Shown here one piece after another: positions 21,982 through 30,617 of a stretch of DNA of 64,000 nt. The stretch lies in assembly GCF_000737315.1 (NCBI RefSeq), contig NZ_JMCB01000006.1, positions 496,001-560,000 of the forward strand. The letters are read 5' to 3'. The DNA is from Hyalangium minutum. Lineage in GTDB: Bacteria > Myxococcota > Myxococcia > Myxococcales > Myxococcaceae. The notes beneath the pieces were generated by a model. The model did not search any database. It saw only the letters and a list, made by a program, of their open reading frames with translations, and had not been told where the DNA came from. How positions within the stretch are numbered: position 1 is the first letter of the stretch; each line of letters begins with the position of its first letter. A program made the translations under genes and the position numbers.

Positions 21982-23403
21982 CTACTGCGCGAGGTACTGG
22001 ATCGCCAGGCTCATACCCGCCTCGGAGCGCATGGAGCCGAAGTGGTTGGCGATGAAGCCCTTATTGAAGTAGCCGCTGGTGTCGTAGTCGTTGAGCGTCG
22101 TGAGCTTGTTCGTCACGCAGCCGTCCATGTCCATGCGCGAGGCCGCCTCGGAGACGTAGAAGTCCTGGTAGTTGGTCCCCTTCTCCTTATCCGTCATGGT
22201 GATGGTGTAGTACTTCACCACGTTACCCTCGCACTGGCCCGTCTTGCCGAAGGCGTAGTCGCCATCCGCGCACGGCGTGGCAAACAGATCGCGCGGCCCG
22301 TTCAGCGGCTTGTGGAAGTACGTCTGCACGTAGTTGGAGCGGCTGCCCATCTCGCACACGATGGTGCCCCGCATCGTCTTGTTGTTGCCGCACAGCGCGC
22401 TCGGCGGATCATACGTGGACACGCCGTGGTTGGCGCCCGAGCCCAGGATGACGTGGCTCACGTGCGGGAAGGGGTTGATGGCGTCCGCCTTGCCCTGGGC
22501 GTACTCCACGTACAGGCGGCGCAGCGCATCGCGCACCACCGTGACGCCCAGCGAGTGACCGACGAGGGCCACCTTGCGGTTCGGGTTGTTCTTCATCACC
22601 GCCTTGACCAGTCCCTGGAGGATCGGGGTGGACCAACCGTGGTCGATGTTGCCCGCGGTATTCTGCGTGGTGTTGTTGGCCGCCGGGTCGATGTTGGTGA
22701 CGATGTCCGTGCGGAAGTCCACGGCGATGACGCGGTAGCGCGCCGCGATCAGCTTCTCCGCCAACTGCAGACGCTCGGTGGAGTCCGCGGTGAACTGCAC
22801 GTTCTCAGTGGCCGTGGAGGGCGGGATGCCCGGCGGCAGGAGGAACTTCTCCCAGGTGTGCGGCCGCGTGGAGTTACCGTGCACCAGGATGACGATGGGC
22901 TTGGAGGTGTCCTCGTTCGGCTGGGTGTACTCCTTGGCCGCGCAGGGATAGCCGGGGATGTTGGCCTTGTCGCCGTCGATGAAGTTCTTGGCGGCGTTCG
23001 GCCCACCGAAGGCCGTAGCGCCCGTCCACTTGCCGTCGTTGTTGCCGTCCACGTACGGCGTGGTACCGGCCTTGTTGGCCTTGTCGTAGTAGAGGTTGTC
23101 GGTGAAGCAGCCCGGGTGGTTCGTCAGCGGGCGGTAGCGGCCGTCGTACTCCAGGTAATTCGCCTGGGTCTGGCCCGCCGTGGTGGTGATCTCCGCCATC
23201 TCCGGCGCGTCCGTGATGGGCCAGTTGGCGATGTCGATCCCGGCGGCCTGCACCTCGGCGATCTTCTGCTGGATGCGATCGCGACAGGCGACCACTTCCT
23301 CCGGAGTGGGGATGTCAGTTCCTCCCTGCTGGGACTCGCAGGCCCCCGCGAGCAATCCAAGGACCGCCACTGCGAAACGTCCACCCTTGCGAAGTGCCGC
23401 CAT
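21982..23403 (-). CDS. Lipoprotein alpha/beta-hydrolase (lipase-2/PhaZ7-like esterase)
   Basis: Lipobox LLAGAC after the start at 23403, oxyanion ILVHGNS, nucleophile GHSLG, late NHFG His, several Cys. Confidence 0.8.
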   Translation of the reverse strand: MAALRKGGRFAVAVLGLLAGACESQQGGTDIPTPEEVVACRDRIQQKIAEVQAAGIDIANWPITDAPEMAEITTTAGQTQANYLEYDGRYRPLTNHPGCFTDNLYYDKANKAGTTPYVDGNNDGKWTGATAFGGPNAAKNFIDGDKANIPGYPCAAKEYTQPNEDTSKPIVILVHGNSTRPHTWEKFLLPPGIPPSTATENVQFTADSTERLQLAEKLIAARYRVIAVDFRTDIVTNIDPAANNTTQNTAGNIDHGWSTPILQGLVKAVMKNNPNRKVALVGHSLGVTVVRDALRRLYVEYAQGKADAINPFPHVSHVILGSGANHGVSTYDPPSALCGNNKTMRGTIVCEMGSRSNYVQTYFHKPLNGPRDLFATPCADGDYAFGKTGQCEGNVVKYYTITMTDKEKGTNYQDFYVSEAASRMDMDGCVTNKLTTLNDYDTSGYFNKGFIANHFGSMRSEAGMSLAIQYLAQ

Positions 23404-23468
23404 CCGTTGCTCCTTTGCTGTTGTCCGCCACCGGCCAAGTACCAAGAAGACTCACGCGGGAGCAAATA

Positions 23469-23503
23469 AAGTTGAAAGGTGATTCACCTTTGCAGTGCGT
23501 CAT
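23469..23503 (+). promoter_or_regulatory. 35-nt composite operator element, copy A1
   Basis: AAGTTGAAAGGTGATTCACCTTTGCAGTGCGTCAT is 33/35 identical to the reverse complement of 26612-26646. It lies 66 nt upstream of the hydrolase operon. Confidence 0.75.
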
Positions 23504-23509
23504 ACGGGC

Positions 23510-23550
23510 GAAGTTGATTCCTGATTCAGCTTTGTCTCGCACTGCGTCAT
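23510..23550 (+). promoter_or_regulatory. Second, degenerate unit of the composite operator (copy A2)
   Basis: GAAGTTGATTCCTGATTCA followed by GCACTGCGTCAT (23539-23550). Confidence 0.6.
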
Positions 23551-23622
23551 GAATCCCTTCGTTGAGCTGGCCCTCGGCGCCGTGAGTAAATCCGGTTTGT
23601 CTGGCCTCGAAGGGAAGGGTGC

Positions 23623-24204
23623 ATGAAGCGCCACAAGCCGAAGCAGCACGTGTCCTTGACCGAGGTGGCCACGCTGCACAAGCGTGCCTCGCGGATGAAG
23701 CGGCAGGGCGAGGCGCATGAGTCGCTGGAGCTGCTGGACGAGGCGCTCGAGGCGTGCCCCGCGTACGTCCCCGCGCTGCTGTTGGCGGGCCGGCGGCTGC
23801 AGACGAGCGGCGCCCGTGAGCCCGCGGAGGCGCGCGCGGCGATGCACAAGGCGCGCAGGTACCTGCAACAGGCCGTGCTGGCGTCAGACCGCTCCGCCGC
23901 GTCGCTGGTGGAGCTGGGCTACTTCCTCTACGCGGTGGAGGGCTCGACGGAGGCGTCCGAGCGCTACCTGAACGCGGGCGTGGAGAAGGCCCTGAGCGTG
24001 CTGGAGGATGGCTGGAGCGGGCTCATCGACGTGCTGTATGCCCAGGGGCGGCTGGAGGAGGCGGCGAAGCTGGGACAGCGCGCGCAGCAGATGCTCCCCG
24101 GCTCGGTGCGCATCGCCACCGCGCTCACGCCCGTGCTGGCGGCGCTCTCCTCGCCCAAGCAGGAGCCCGAGCGGCCCCTGGGGCGCCGCAGATCATTCGA
24201 GTAG
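23623..24204 (+). CDS. Tetratricopeptide-repeat-like protein
   Basis: Helical TPR-like pattern (ELLDEALEACPAYVPALLLAG; SLVELGYFLY; LYAQGRLEEA). Its 3' end overlaps the convergent MFS gene by 12 nt. Confidence 0.7.
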   Translation: MKRHKPKQHVSLTEVATLHKRASRMKRQGEAHESLELLDEALEACPAYVPALLLAGRRLQTSGAREPAEARAAMHKARRYLQQAVLASDRSAASLVELGYFLYAVEGSTEASERYLNAGVEKALSVLEDGWSGLIDVLYAQGRLEEAAKLGQRAQQMLPGSVRIATALTPVLAALSSPKQEPERPLGRRRSFE

Positions 24205-25452
24205 CGCCTGGGCCTTCGGATCCTTCGCGCCCGCCGCGCTCTCCTCGTAGTCCAGGTCGCGGTGGAACGTCTCATCCAGGCGCGTGAGCGCCACGAGGGC
24301 CAGTCCAAAGCAGAGGGCACCGAAGGTCATCGCCGCGCTCGCGACGGAGATGTGGTTCTTCAGCTCATTGAACCCGAAGACGACGAGGGCCGCCGAGCCT
24401 CGCACGAAGTTGGGCACGGTCGTCGCCACGGTGCCGCGGATGTTGGTGCCGAACTGCTCGGCCGCCATGGTGACGAGCACCGCCCAGTAGCCCACCGTGA
24501 TTCCAATGCAGAAGCTCAGGACATAGATGAACGTGCTCGTGAGCCCCGGGACGAACCCGTACACCAGCACCAGGCAGAAGCCGACGATGAGGTTCGCGGC
24601 CACCGCCCGCTTGCGGCTCTTGAGCCACTGGCTGACCAGACCCGACAGCAAGTCTCCAATGGTCAGGCCGATCGAGCCGTAGAGGATGGCATTGCCGGCC
24701 GTCACCGTCCCCTGGACGTTCAGGCCCTTGGTCAGCTCGGGGGCAAACGTGAAGAGCACTCCGGTGGTGAAGTAGATGGGCACCCCCATCAGGATGCACC
24801 AGATGTACTTGGGGAGCCGTCCGCCCTGCAGCAGCAGCAGGGGATTGGCGCTGGAGGGGTGAGTCTTCTTGGCGAAGAGCTCGGACTCCGAGACCTTGAA
24901 GCGCGCGAACAGGAGCGCCAGCCCCATCACGCCACCGGTGAAATAGCCCGTCTTCCAGTGCAGGCGCTGGCCCACGAAGGACGCGGCGACGATGCCCAGC
25001 ATGCCCAGCGTCGCCACCACCGTGGTGCCCAGGCCGCGCTTGTCCTTGGGCAGGGACTCCGCCACCAGCGTGATGGCCGCGCCCAGCTCGCCCGCCAGGC
25101 CCACGCCGCCCAGGAAGCGGCACGCCGCGTAGCTCGTCACATCCCACGCGAAGGCATTGGCGAGGTTGGAGAACGAGTACAGGAGGATGGAGCCGAACAT
25201 CACCGACAGGCGGCCCTTCTTGTCGGCGATCACGCCCCAGATGAGGCCGCCGACCATCATCCCCACCATCTGGCAGTTGTAGATGAAGGCGCCCTTGTTG
25301 GTGATCTCCGCGTCGGAGAGCCCCAGCTCCCTGAGCGAGGAGACGCGCAGCACGCCAAACAGGGTGATGTCGAAGAGATCGACGAAGTAACCGAGGCCGG
25401 CAACGAGCACCGTCAGGGTCAGGACCGAGCGCAGATCACGCAGGAATTTCAT
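24193..25452 (-). CDS. MFS transporter
   Basis: About 12 TM segments; LGYFVDLFD, GVIADKKGRL and GVGLAGELGAAITLVAE. Confidence 0.9.
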   Translation of the reverse strand: MKFLRDLRSVLTLTVLVAGLGYFVDLFDITLFGVLRVSSLRELGLSDAEITNKGAFIYNCQMVGMMVGGLIWGVIADKKGRLSVMFGSILLYSFSNLANAFAWDVTSYAACRFLGGVGLAGELGAAITLVAESLPKDKRGLGTTVVATLGMLGIVAASFVGQRLHWKTGYFTGGVMGLALLFARFKVSESELFAKKTHPSSANPLLLLQGGRLPKYIWCILMGVPIYFTTGVLFTFAPELTKGLNVQGTVTAGNAILYGSIGLTIGDLLSGLVSQWLKSRKRAVAANLIVGFCLVLVYGFVPGLTSTFIYVLSFCIGITVGYWAVLVTMAAEQFGTNIRGTVATTVPNFVRGSAALVVFGFNELKNHISVASAAMTFGALCFGLALVALTRLDETFHRDLDYEESAAGAKDPKAQALLE

Positions 25453-25513
25453 GGGGCGTTTCGCGGGGACTTCAGCAGCGGGTTGATATCATCGGCCTGA
25501 GGGTTCGTCCTAA

Positions 25514-26551
25514 TCAGGGCACCAGGACCAGCTTGCCCACGGTGGTGCCCGACTCGATGGCGCGGTGGGCCTCGGCCACCTGATCGAGCGGGAACCGCGT
25601 CACCGGCGGCGCGGTCAGCTTGCCCTCCTCCAACCAGGCAAGCAGGCGCTGCATGGCCTCGGAGAGGATGCCGCGCTGCTCGAACAGATAGGAGAGGTTG
25701 AAGGCGAGCACGCTGGTGTTGTCGTTGGTGAGCGTGAGCGGGTTGTAGCGGGGAGTGCGCAGCCAGTCCCAGGCGAGCTTCAGCCAGTTCGGCCGGCCGC
25801 CCTGGCGCGGCATCATCGAGTGGAAGCCATAGATGACGAGCTTCCCGGGCGAGGCCAGGTGCGCGTAGCTCTGCCGGAGGGTGGCGACACCGTTGGCATC
25901 GAGCACGACGTCATAGCCTCGGGGTGAGGCCGCCTCCGCCGCCTTCCACAGGTCCTCGCGGGACTTGTCGATGACGACGTCCGCACCCATGGCGCGCGCC
26001 GTCTCCACCTTGTGTGAGCTGCCGACGACGCCCACCACCCGGCACCCCGCGAGCCTCCCGAGCTGCACGAGCGCGCTTCCCACGCCACCGGCCGCCGAGT
26101 GCACGAGGATGTTCGCGCCCGGGTGTGGGTGCGCCAGCTCGAAGAGCGCGAAGTACGCGGTGAGGAACACGGCGGGGAACCCCGCGGCCTGCGCCGCATC
26201 GAGCCGCGACGGCAGCCGGAAGAGCTGATGCCGGGGCACCGCGACGTGGGTGGAGTAGCCACCGAACAACGTCACCCCGAACACCTTCTCGCCCTGCTGG
26301 AGATCCGAGACGCCCTCTCCCACCGCGGCGACGGTGCCCGCGAACTCGAAGCCCGGCGTGATGGGCCAGCCCACGAACTCCTGGGCGGAGGCATAGAGGC
26401 CCATGCGGATGACACAGTCCGCGTAGTTGACGCCAATCGCCTCGGTGGCGACCACCACCTCTCCGGCCTTCGGAATCGGAATGGCCAGCGGCTCGCGGGT
26501 GAGCCGCTCGTATCCCCCTGGCCGATGGATGACCACCTGACGTGCTGACAT
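25514..26551 (-). CDS. Medium-chain dehydrogenase/reductase (VAT-1/quinone oxidoreductase-like)
   Basis: AIGVNYAD, TPGFEFAG, nucleotide-binding HSAAGGVG and TVGKLVL. Start MSARQ at 26551. Confidence 0.9.
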   Translation of the reverse strand: MSARQVVIHRPGGYERLTREPLAIPIPKAGEVVVATEAIGVNYADCVIRMGLYASAQEFVGWPITPGFEFAGTVAAVGEGVSDLQQGEKVFGVTLFGGYSTHVAVPRHQLFRLPSRLDAAQAAGFPAVFLTAYFALFELAHPHPGANILVHSAAGGVGSALVQLGRLAGCRVVGVVGSSHKVETARAMGADVVIDKSREDLWKAAEAASPRGYDVVLDANGVATLRQSYAHLASPGKLVIYGFHSMMPRQGGRPNWLKLAWDWLRTPRYNPLTLTNDNTSVLAFNLSYLFEQRGILSEAMQRLLAWLEEGKLTAPPVTRFPLDQVAEAHRAIESGTTVGKLVLVP

Positions 26552-26570
26552 GCGGCGCGCATTATGGCTG

Positions 26571-26603
26571 ATGACGCATTGCGAAACTGAATCAACCTTC
26601 ACC
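26571..26603 (-). promoter_or_regulatory. Second unit of the composite operator (copy B2)
   Basis: The minus strand reads GGTGAAGGTTGATTCAGTTTC then GCAATGCGTCAT. Confidence 0.65.
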
Positions 26604-26611
26604 TTTTCTCC

Positions 26612-26646
26612 ATGACGCACTGCATAGGTGAATCACCCTTCAACTT
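26612..26646 (-). promoter_or_regulatory. 35-nt composite operator element, copy B1
   Basis: The minus strand reads AAGTTGAAGGGTGATTCACCTATGCAGTGCGTCAT. It lies in the divergent intergenic region between the MDR and lipase genes. Confidence 0.75.
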
Positions 26647-26748
26647 GCGTCCATTTGCCTGACTGTGTTCGCGGGCGAAGCCCGTACACTGCGCGGTACG
26701 CCTGCTCACTGCGCGAGCAGGCGATCCCCCAATTCAAGGAGAACCAAG

Positions 26749-27771
26749 ATGCGTCTGCGCTCTTCCCTGTCGCTGATGGGTGCGCTGTGCCTGGGCTCGT
26801 TGTCCGCTGGATGTGGTGAGGGCCTGGAGCCGGCCGAGGTTGTGACCGAGGCTCCCACGACGGAGCTGGCTACACAGGAGCAGGCAGCTTCGACGTCGGG
26901 CTTCACCTCGCACTTCCGCACGTGGCTGTCGGCCAATGGCTATGACTCGTACAACCTGGTGCGCGCGGATCTCGTGGGCGGCAGCTACGGCGGCAAGGCC
27001 AGCGGCACGGACACGGTGGTGAACCAGCCGGTCATCTTCATCCACGGCAACTCGGACAAGGCCATCGGCACGGGCACGGCGGGCCAGTCAGGCTGGAACG
27101 CCTCCATCGATTACTTCCTGGCCAACGGCTACAAGACGAGCGAGCTGTATGCGACGACGTGGGGCCCGGCGGACGCCTCGATGTCGGCGTACCAGTACCA
27201 CTCGAAGACGTACGTGATGAAGGTCCGCAAGCTCATCGAGGCGGTGCTGGCGTACACGGGCGCGGCCAAGGTGGACATCATCTCGCACTCCATGGGCGTG
27301 ACGCTGGCACGCAAGGCCATCCTCGGCGGCACCGCGACCGACTCGCTGGAGGGCGGCCAGTACAACATCGGCCCGTCGCTCACCGGGAAGGTGGACACGT
27401 TCGTCGGCATCGCGGGCGGCAACCGGGGCCTGGTGAGCTGCTACCAGACGGGAGGCTCCACGCCCACCTGCGGCGCCACCAACGGTCTGTATCCGGGCTA
27501 TTGGAACGGCCTCGGCGTCTCGGGCCGCTCGGCGTACCTGGAGAACCTGATGTCCACCAGCAAGTACGAGGGCGCCTACCGCTACAGCATCTGGTCCACG
27601 GACGATGAGATCATCGGCTACAACAACGTCGTCTACTACGACTACACCTCGCGCATCCCCGGGCAGACGGGCGAGAAGGTGTACTCCGGTTATCCGTACG
27701 GCCACTTCGGCGTGAAGGATCAGACGGCGGCCGTGCAGTACAGCATGGTGAAGAGGAACGTCATTCCGTAA
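26749..27771 (+). CDS. Secreted/lipoprotein lipase, Lipase_2 family
   Basis: Lipobox-like LSAGC, GGSYGGK, PVIFIHGNSD, ELYATTWG, nucleophile SHSMG and GHFG. SD GGAG upstream. Confidence 0.88.
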   Translation: MRLRSSLSLMGALCLGSLSAGCGEGLEPAEVVTEAPTTELATQEQAASTSGFTSHFRTWLSANGYDSYNLVRADLVGGSYGGKASGTDTVVNQPVIFIHGNSDKAIGTGTAGQSGWNASIDYFLANGYKTSELYATTWGPADASMSAYQYHSKTYVMKVRKLIEAVLAYTGAAKVDIISHSMGVTLARKAILGGTATDSLEGGQYNIGPSLTGKVDTFVGIAGGNRGLVSCYQTGGSTPTCGATNGLYPGYWNGLGVSGRSAYLENLMSTSKYEGAYRYSIWSTDDEIIGYNNVVYYDYTSRIPGQTGEKVYSGYPYGHFGVKDQTAAVQYSMVKRNVIP

Positions 27772-27779
27772 CACGCTCC

Positions 27780-27814
27780 CGCGGAGGGGGTGCCACGATG
27801 GCTCCCCTTCCGCG
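27780..27814. terminator. GC-rich hairpin between convergent hydrolase genes
   Basis: CGCGGAGGGGGTGCC-acgat-GGCTCCCCTTCCGCG; the arms pair at about 13/15 positions. Confidence 0.5.
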
Positions 27815-27834
27815 AGGCACCCCCTGCGCCCGCC

Positions 27835-28905
27835 TCAAGGCGTGTGGGTCGTCGGCGGGACTTGTTGCTGCGGCTCCCCTCCCCCACTGGCCGGGAGCTT
27901 CTTCAAGAACGCGCTCACCGCGTCGTTGTACTCCTGAGGGCAATCGAGCTGCACCGAGTGGCCGCAGCGCTCCAACCCCACGAGCTCGGACCCTTTGATG
28001 TTGGCGTGGCCGTACTCCATGACCTCCCGGGCCCGGCCACCGTGCATGAACGGGTTGGGGATGAGCCGGTCATCCTCGCCGAAGACGATGATCGCTGGCG
28101 CCTGGATGGACTTGAGGCTGTCGCGCACGAAGTCGTCGTGGGCCAGCCCGTCCACCGTCCTCACGTTGGCGTAGGCGTACGCGTCGAAGTCCGGCGTGGC
28201 CACCACGCGCACGCGCTCCTCGATGAGCCACTCCAGCTCCGGGCGCCAGCGGGCGAAGTTGGACTGCCGCACGCTGCCCCAGATGCCGTACTCGGGCGAG
28301 GACTTGATGAGCGTGGTGCTGAAGGCGCGCGTGAGCCACGCCTTCTCCTTCCAGGAGAACTTCTCGAAGCCGGCGGGCGAGGTGAGCACCAGCGCGCCCG
28401 GCTCCTCCGGGTAGCGGATGGCGTAGGAGAGCGCCGTCTGCCCGCCCATGGAGTGCCCCACCAGCACGGGCTTCTGGATGCCGAGCGTCTGCACCACCTC
28501 GCGCACCGCGTCCGCCATGGCCTCCATGGTGTACGGGAACGTGCCCGGCTTGTCGGACTTGCCGTAGCCCGGCAAGTCCACGGCGATGACGCGGTAGCCC
28601 TGGGCGGCGAAGGCATCCAGCTGGTAGCGCCAGAACTTCAGGTACGAGCCCAGCCCGTGGATGAAGACCAGCGTGCGCTGGCCCTCGGGGTTGAGCTCCA
28701 CGTAGGCCACCTCAGGGACGGTGGCCACGCCGTACGTCTCCGCCGTCTTCGGCAGCGGGATGCGCTTGAGCGGCCACGCCTGCCCCTGGGGCGAGGTGTA
28801 GGGGAACTCCTGGAAGGGCAGCGGCGGCTGGTCCCGGTACGAGCGGACACAACCCGAGGCGAGCACGGCGCAGAGAATCAGGACCGAGGCGCGAGGAGTC
28901 GTCAT
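27835..28905 (-). CDS. Lipoprotein alpha/beta-hydrolase
   Basis: Lipobox LASGC, FIHGLGS, DLPGYGKS, nucleophile GHSMGG, GEDD acid and CGHSVQ His. Start at 28905. Confidence 0.9.
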   Translation of the reverse strand: MTTPRASVLILCAVLASGCVRSYRDQPPLPFQEFPYTSPQGQAWPLKRIPLPKTAETYGVATVPEVAYVELNPEGQRTLVFIHGLGSYLKFWRYQLDAFAAQGYRVIAVDLPGYGKSDKPGTFPYTMEAMADAVREVVQTLGIQKPVLVGHSMGGQTALSYAIRYPEEPGALVLTSPAGFEKFSWKEKAWLTRAFSTTLIKSSPEYGIWGSVRQSNFARWRPELEWLIEERVRVVATPDFDAYAYANVRTVDGLAHDDFVRDSLKSIQAPAIIVFGEDDRLIPNPFMHGGRAREVMEYGHANIKGSELVGLERCGHSVQLDCPQEYNDAVSAFLKKLPASGGGEPQQQVPPTTHTP

Positions 28906-28907
28906 GA

Positions 28908-30566
28908 TCAGAACGCGTACCAGGTGAAGGTGGTGAAGGCCGCGAAGGGGTTGGAGGTGACGCGCTCCGCCCCGTCGTAGAAGCTGCCCTTGAACATGTA
29001 GCCGGTGTGCAGGCCCACGGTCATGAGGTAGCGGATGTTGTACTTCAGCTCCGCGTTCACCTCGGCGCCGATGAAGCGCCCGCGGCGCACGTCCGGATTC
29101 CAGCGTATCGGCGACGCATTGGCCGAGGCCATGGCCGCCCCCAGCTTCAGGTTCAGCTTGTTGGGGATGAGGTCCATCGAGCCCGCGGCGATGGCGGCGC
29201 GCAGGCCGTAGCCCTGGTTGGAGATGTCCGTCACCGCGCCCGTGTAGTTGTTGGCCGTGCTGGTGAAGGGGAACAGCAGGAGCGTCTTGTGGTTGAACCA
29301 CACCGCGCCTGGCAGGCCGTACATGTTGAGGGTGAAGGCGCCCTTGTACTTTCCGTCGGACAGGTCGTCGTCGCCCGTGGTGTAGATGCCCTCGAGCGAC
29401 ACCACGTCATTGGGAGTACGGCCCCAGTTGTAGAGCACCTCCGCGTTGGCGGAGAGGCCGCTGATGCTCACCTCGGGGTTGAGGGCGGTGTCCTCGTTGC
29501 TGCTGGTGTACTTGCCCCCGTTGTACATGACGAAGCCGGAGGCCCCGAGGCGGCCGGTGCGGAAGTCGATGTTGTGGTGGAAGTTCGCGCCCACCCAGAA
29601 CACCGTGCCCGAGGGCCGGTCGATGTTGAAGCGCGGGGTGCCCGTGAAGCTGCCCAGGCCCGTGGACGAGGGACCGCTCTTCACCAGACCCTCGAAGGCG
29701 AAGGCGTCGCCCTTGGTGTCGTCGCGCAGCGCCCACGCGGAGACGCCCACGCTGGTGCCGGGCTGGATCGGGTACGAGTAGTCCCCGGTGATGAGCCAGA
29801 TGTACTTCAGCCGCGGGTCATCCTCGAGCGCCTTGTCCGCCTGCGCGGTGCCCAGGGGCAGCAGGCTCAGCTTGGCGTTGCCCTTGTAGCTGCTGAAGAT
29901 GGACAGGCCCGTCGCGTCGCTGCCCAGGAAGGTCAGCTTGTAGCCCGTGCGGATGATGTCGTTGAGGGGCGTGCGCGTCGGGTCGAAGATGGCGTCGTAG
30001 ACGGGCTGAGCGCCGATGAGCAGCGTCAGCTTGGTCGGGTCGCGGAACGGGTAGAACGCGACGTTGACGTTCTTCGTCTGGATGTTGACCTGATCCGCGT
30101 TGAAGCCACCGCCCTCGTTGGGCTGGATGGTGTTGGCGGCGCGGCCCCAGAGGAAGTCCACCTCGAACTGGGCGCGGAAGCTGGCCAGCCCGTCCACGAA
30201 CCACGGGCTGTACTCGATGACCGGAATCCAGCGCTGCTCGATGTAGTACGCCTTCAGGTCCTCCACGCGCACCGCGCTGCCGGCCAGGTTGCCGATGGGC
30301 CCGAGCGCCACGCCCTTCAGGCCGCTCGGGTCGCCGATCTGGTTGGTGAACGTGGCGCGCGAGAAGAAGTAGTTGATGAGCACGAACTCGCGAGGCTCTG
30401 CGTCCTTCTCGCGGTCCTTCTCATCCTGCCACTTCGGATAGTACGCGCCGGGGACCGTCGTCGGGCTCGCGCTCGCGGAGAGCGAGAACCCGGCCGCTGC
30501 CAGGGCGAGCGCCGTCGCGCCACCCCGCAGGGCCCTGCCTGCTTCAGCCTTCGACCACCACGTCAT
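28908..30566 (-). CDS. Putative outer-membrane beta-barrel protein
   Basis: Signal peptide, aromatic-rich amphipathic strands and a BAM-type C-terminus FTTFTWYAF. Confidence 0.7.
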   Translation of the reverse strand: MTWWSKAEAGRALRGGATALALAAAGFSLSASASPTTVPGAYYPKWQDEKDREKDAEPREFVLINYFFSRATFTNQIGDPSGLKGVALGPIGNLAGSAVRVEDLKAYYIEQRWIPVIEYSPWFVDGLASFRAQFEVDFLWGRAANTIQPNEGGGFNADQVNIQTKNVNVAFYPFRDPTKLTLLIGAQPVYDAIFDPTRTPLNDIIRTGYKLTFLGSDATGLSIFSSYKGNAKLSLLPLGTAQADKALEDDPRLKYIWLITGDYSYPIQPGTSVGVSAWALRDDTKGDAFAFEGLVKSGPSSTGLGSFTGTPRFNIDRPSGTVFWVGANFHHNIDFRTGRLGASGFVMYNGGKYTSSNEDTALNPEVSISGLSANAEVLYNWGRTPNDVVSLEGIYTTGDDDLSDGKYKGAFTLNMYGLPGAVWFNHKTLLLFPFTSTANNYTGAVTDISNQGYGLRAAIAAGSMDLIPNKLNLKLGAAMASANASPIRWNPDVRRGRFIGAEVNAELKYNIRYLMTVGLHTGYMFKGSFYDGAERVTSNPFAAFTTFTWYAF

Positions 30567-30617
30567 AAACCCCTCGGGAATGAATGGAAGACAGGGCCGC
30601 GCGGGTGCGCGGGTGCA

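Noticed and set aside
23469-26646. 35-nt inverted repeats flanking the TPR-MFS-MDR genes as transposon ends or an invertible segment
   Set aside because: No transposase or recombinase and no target-site duplication. The same core recurs at two other promoters, so an operator explains it better.
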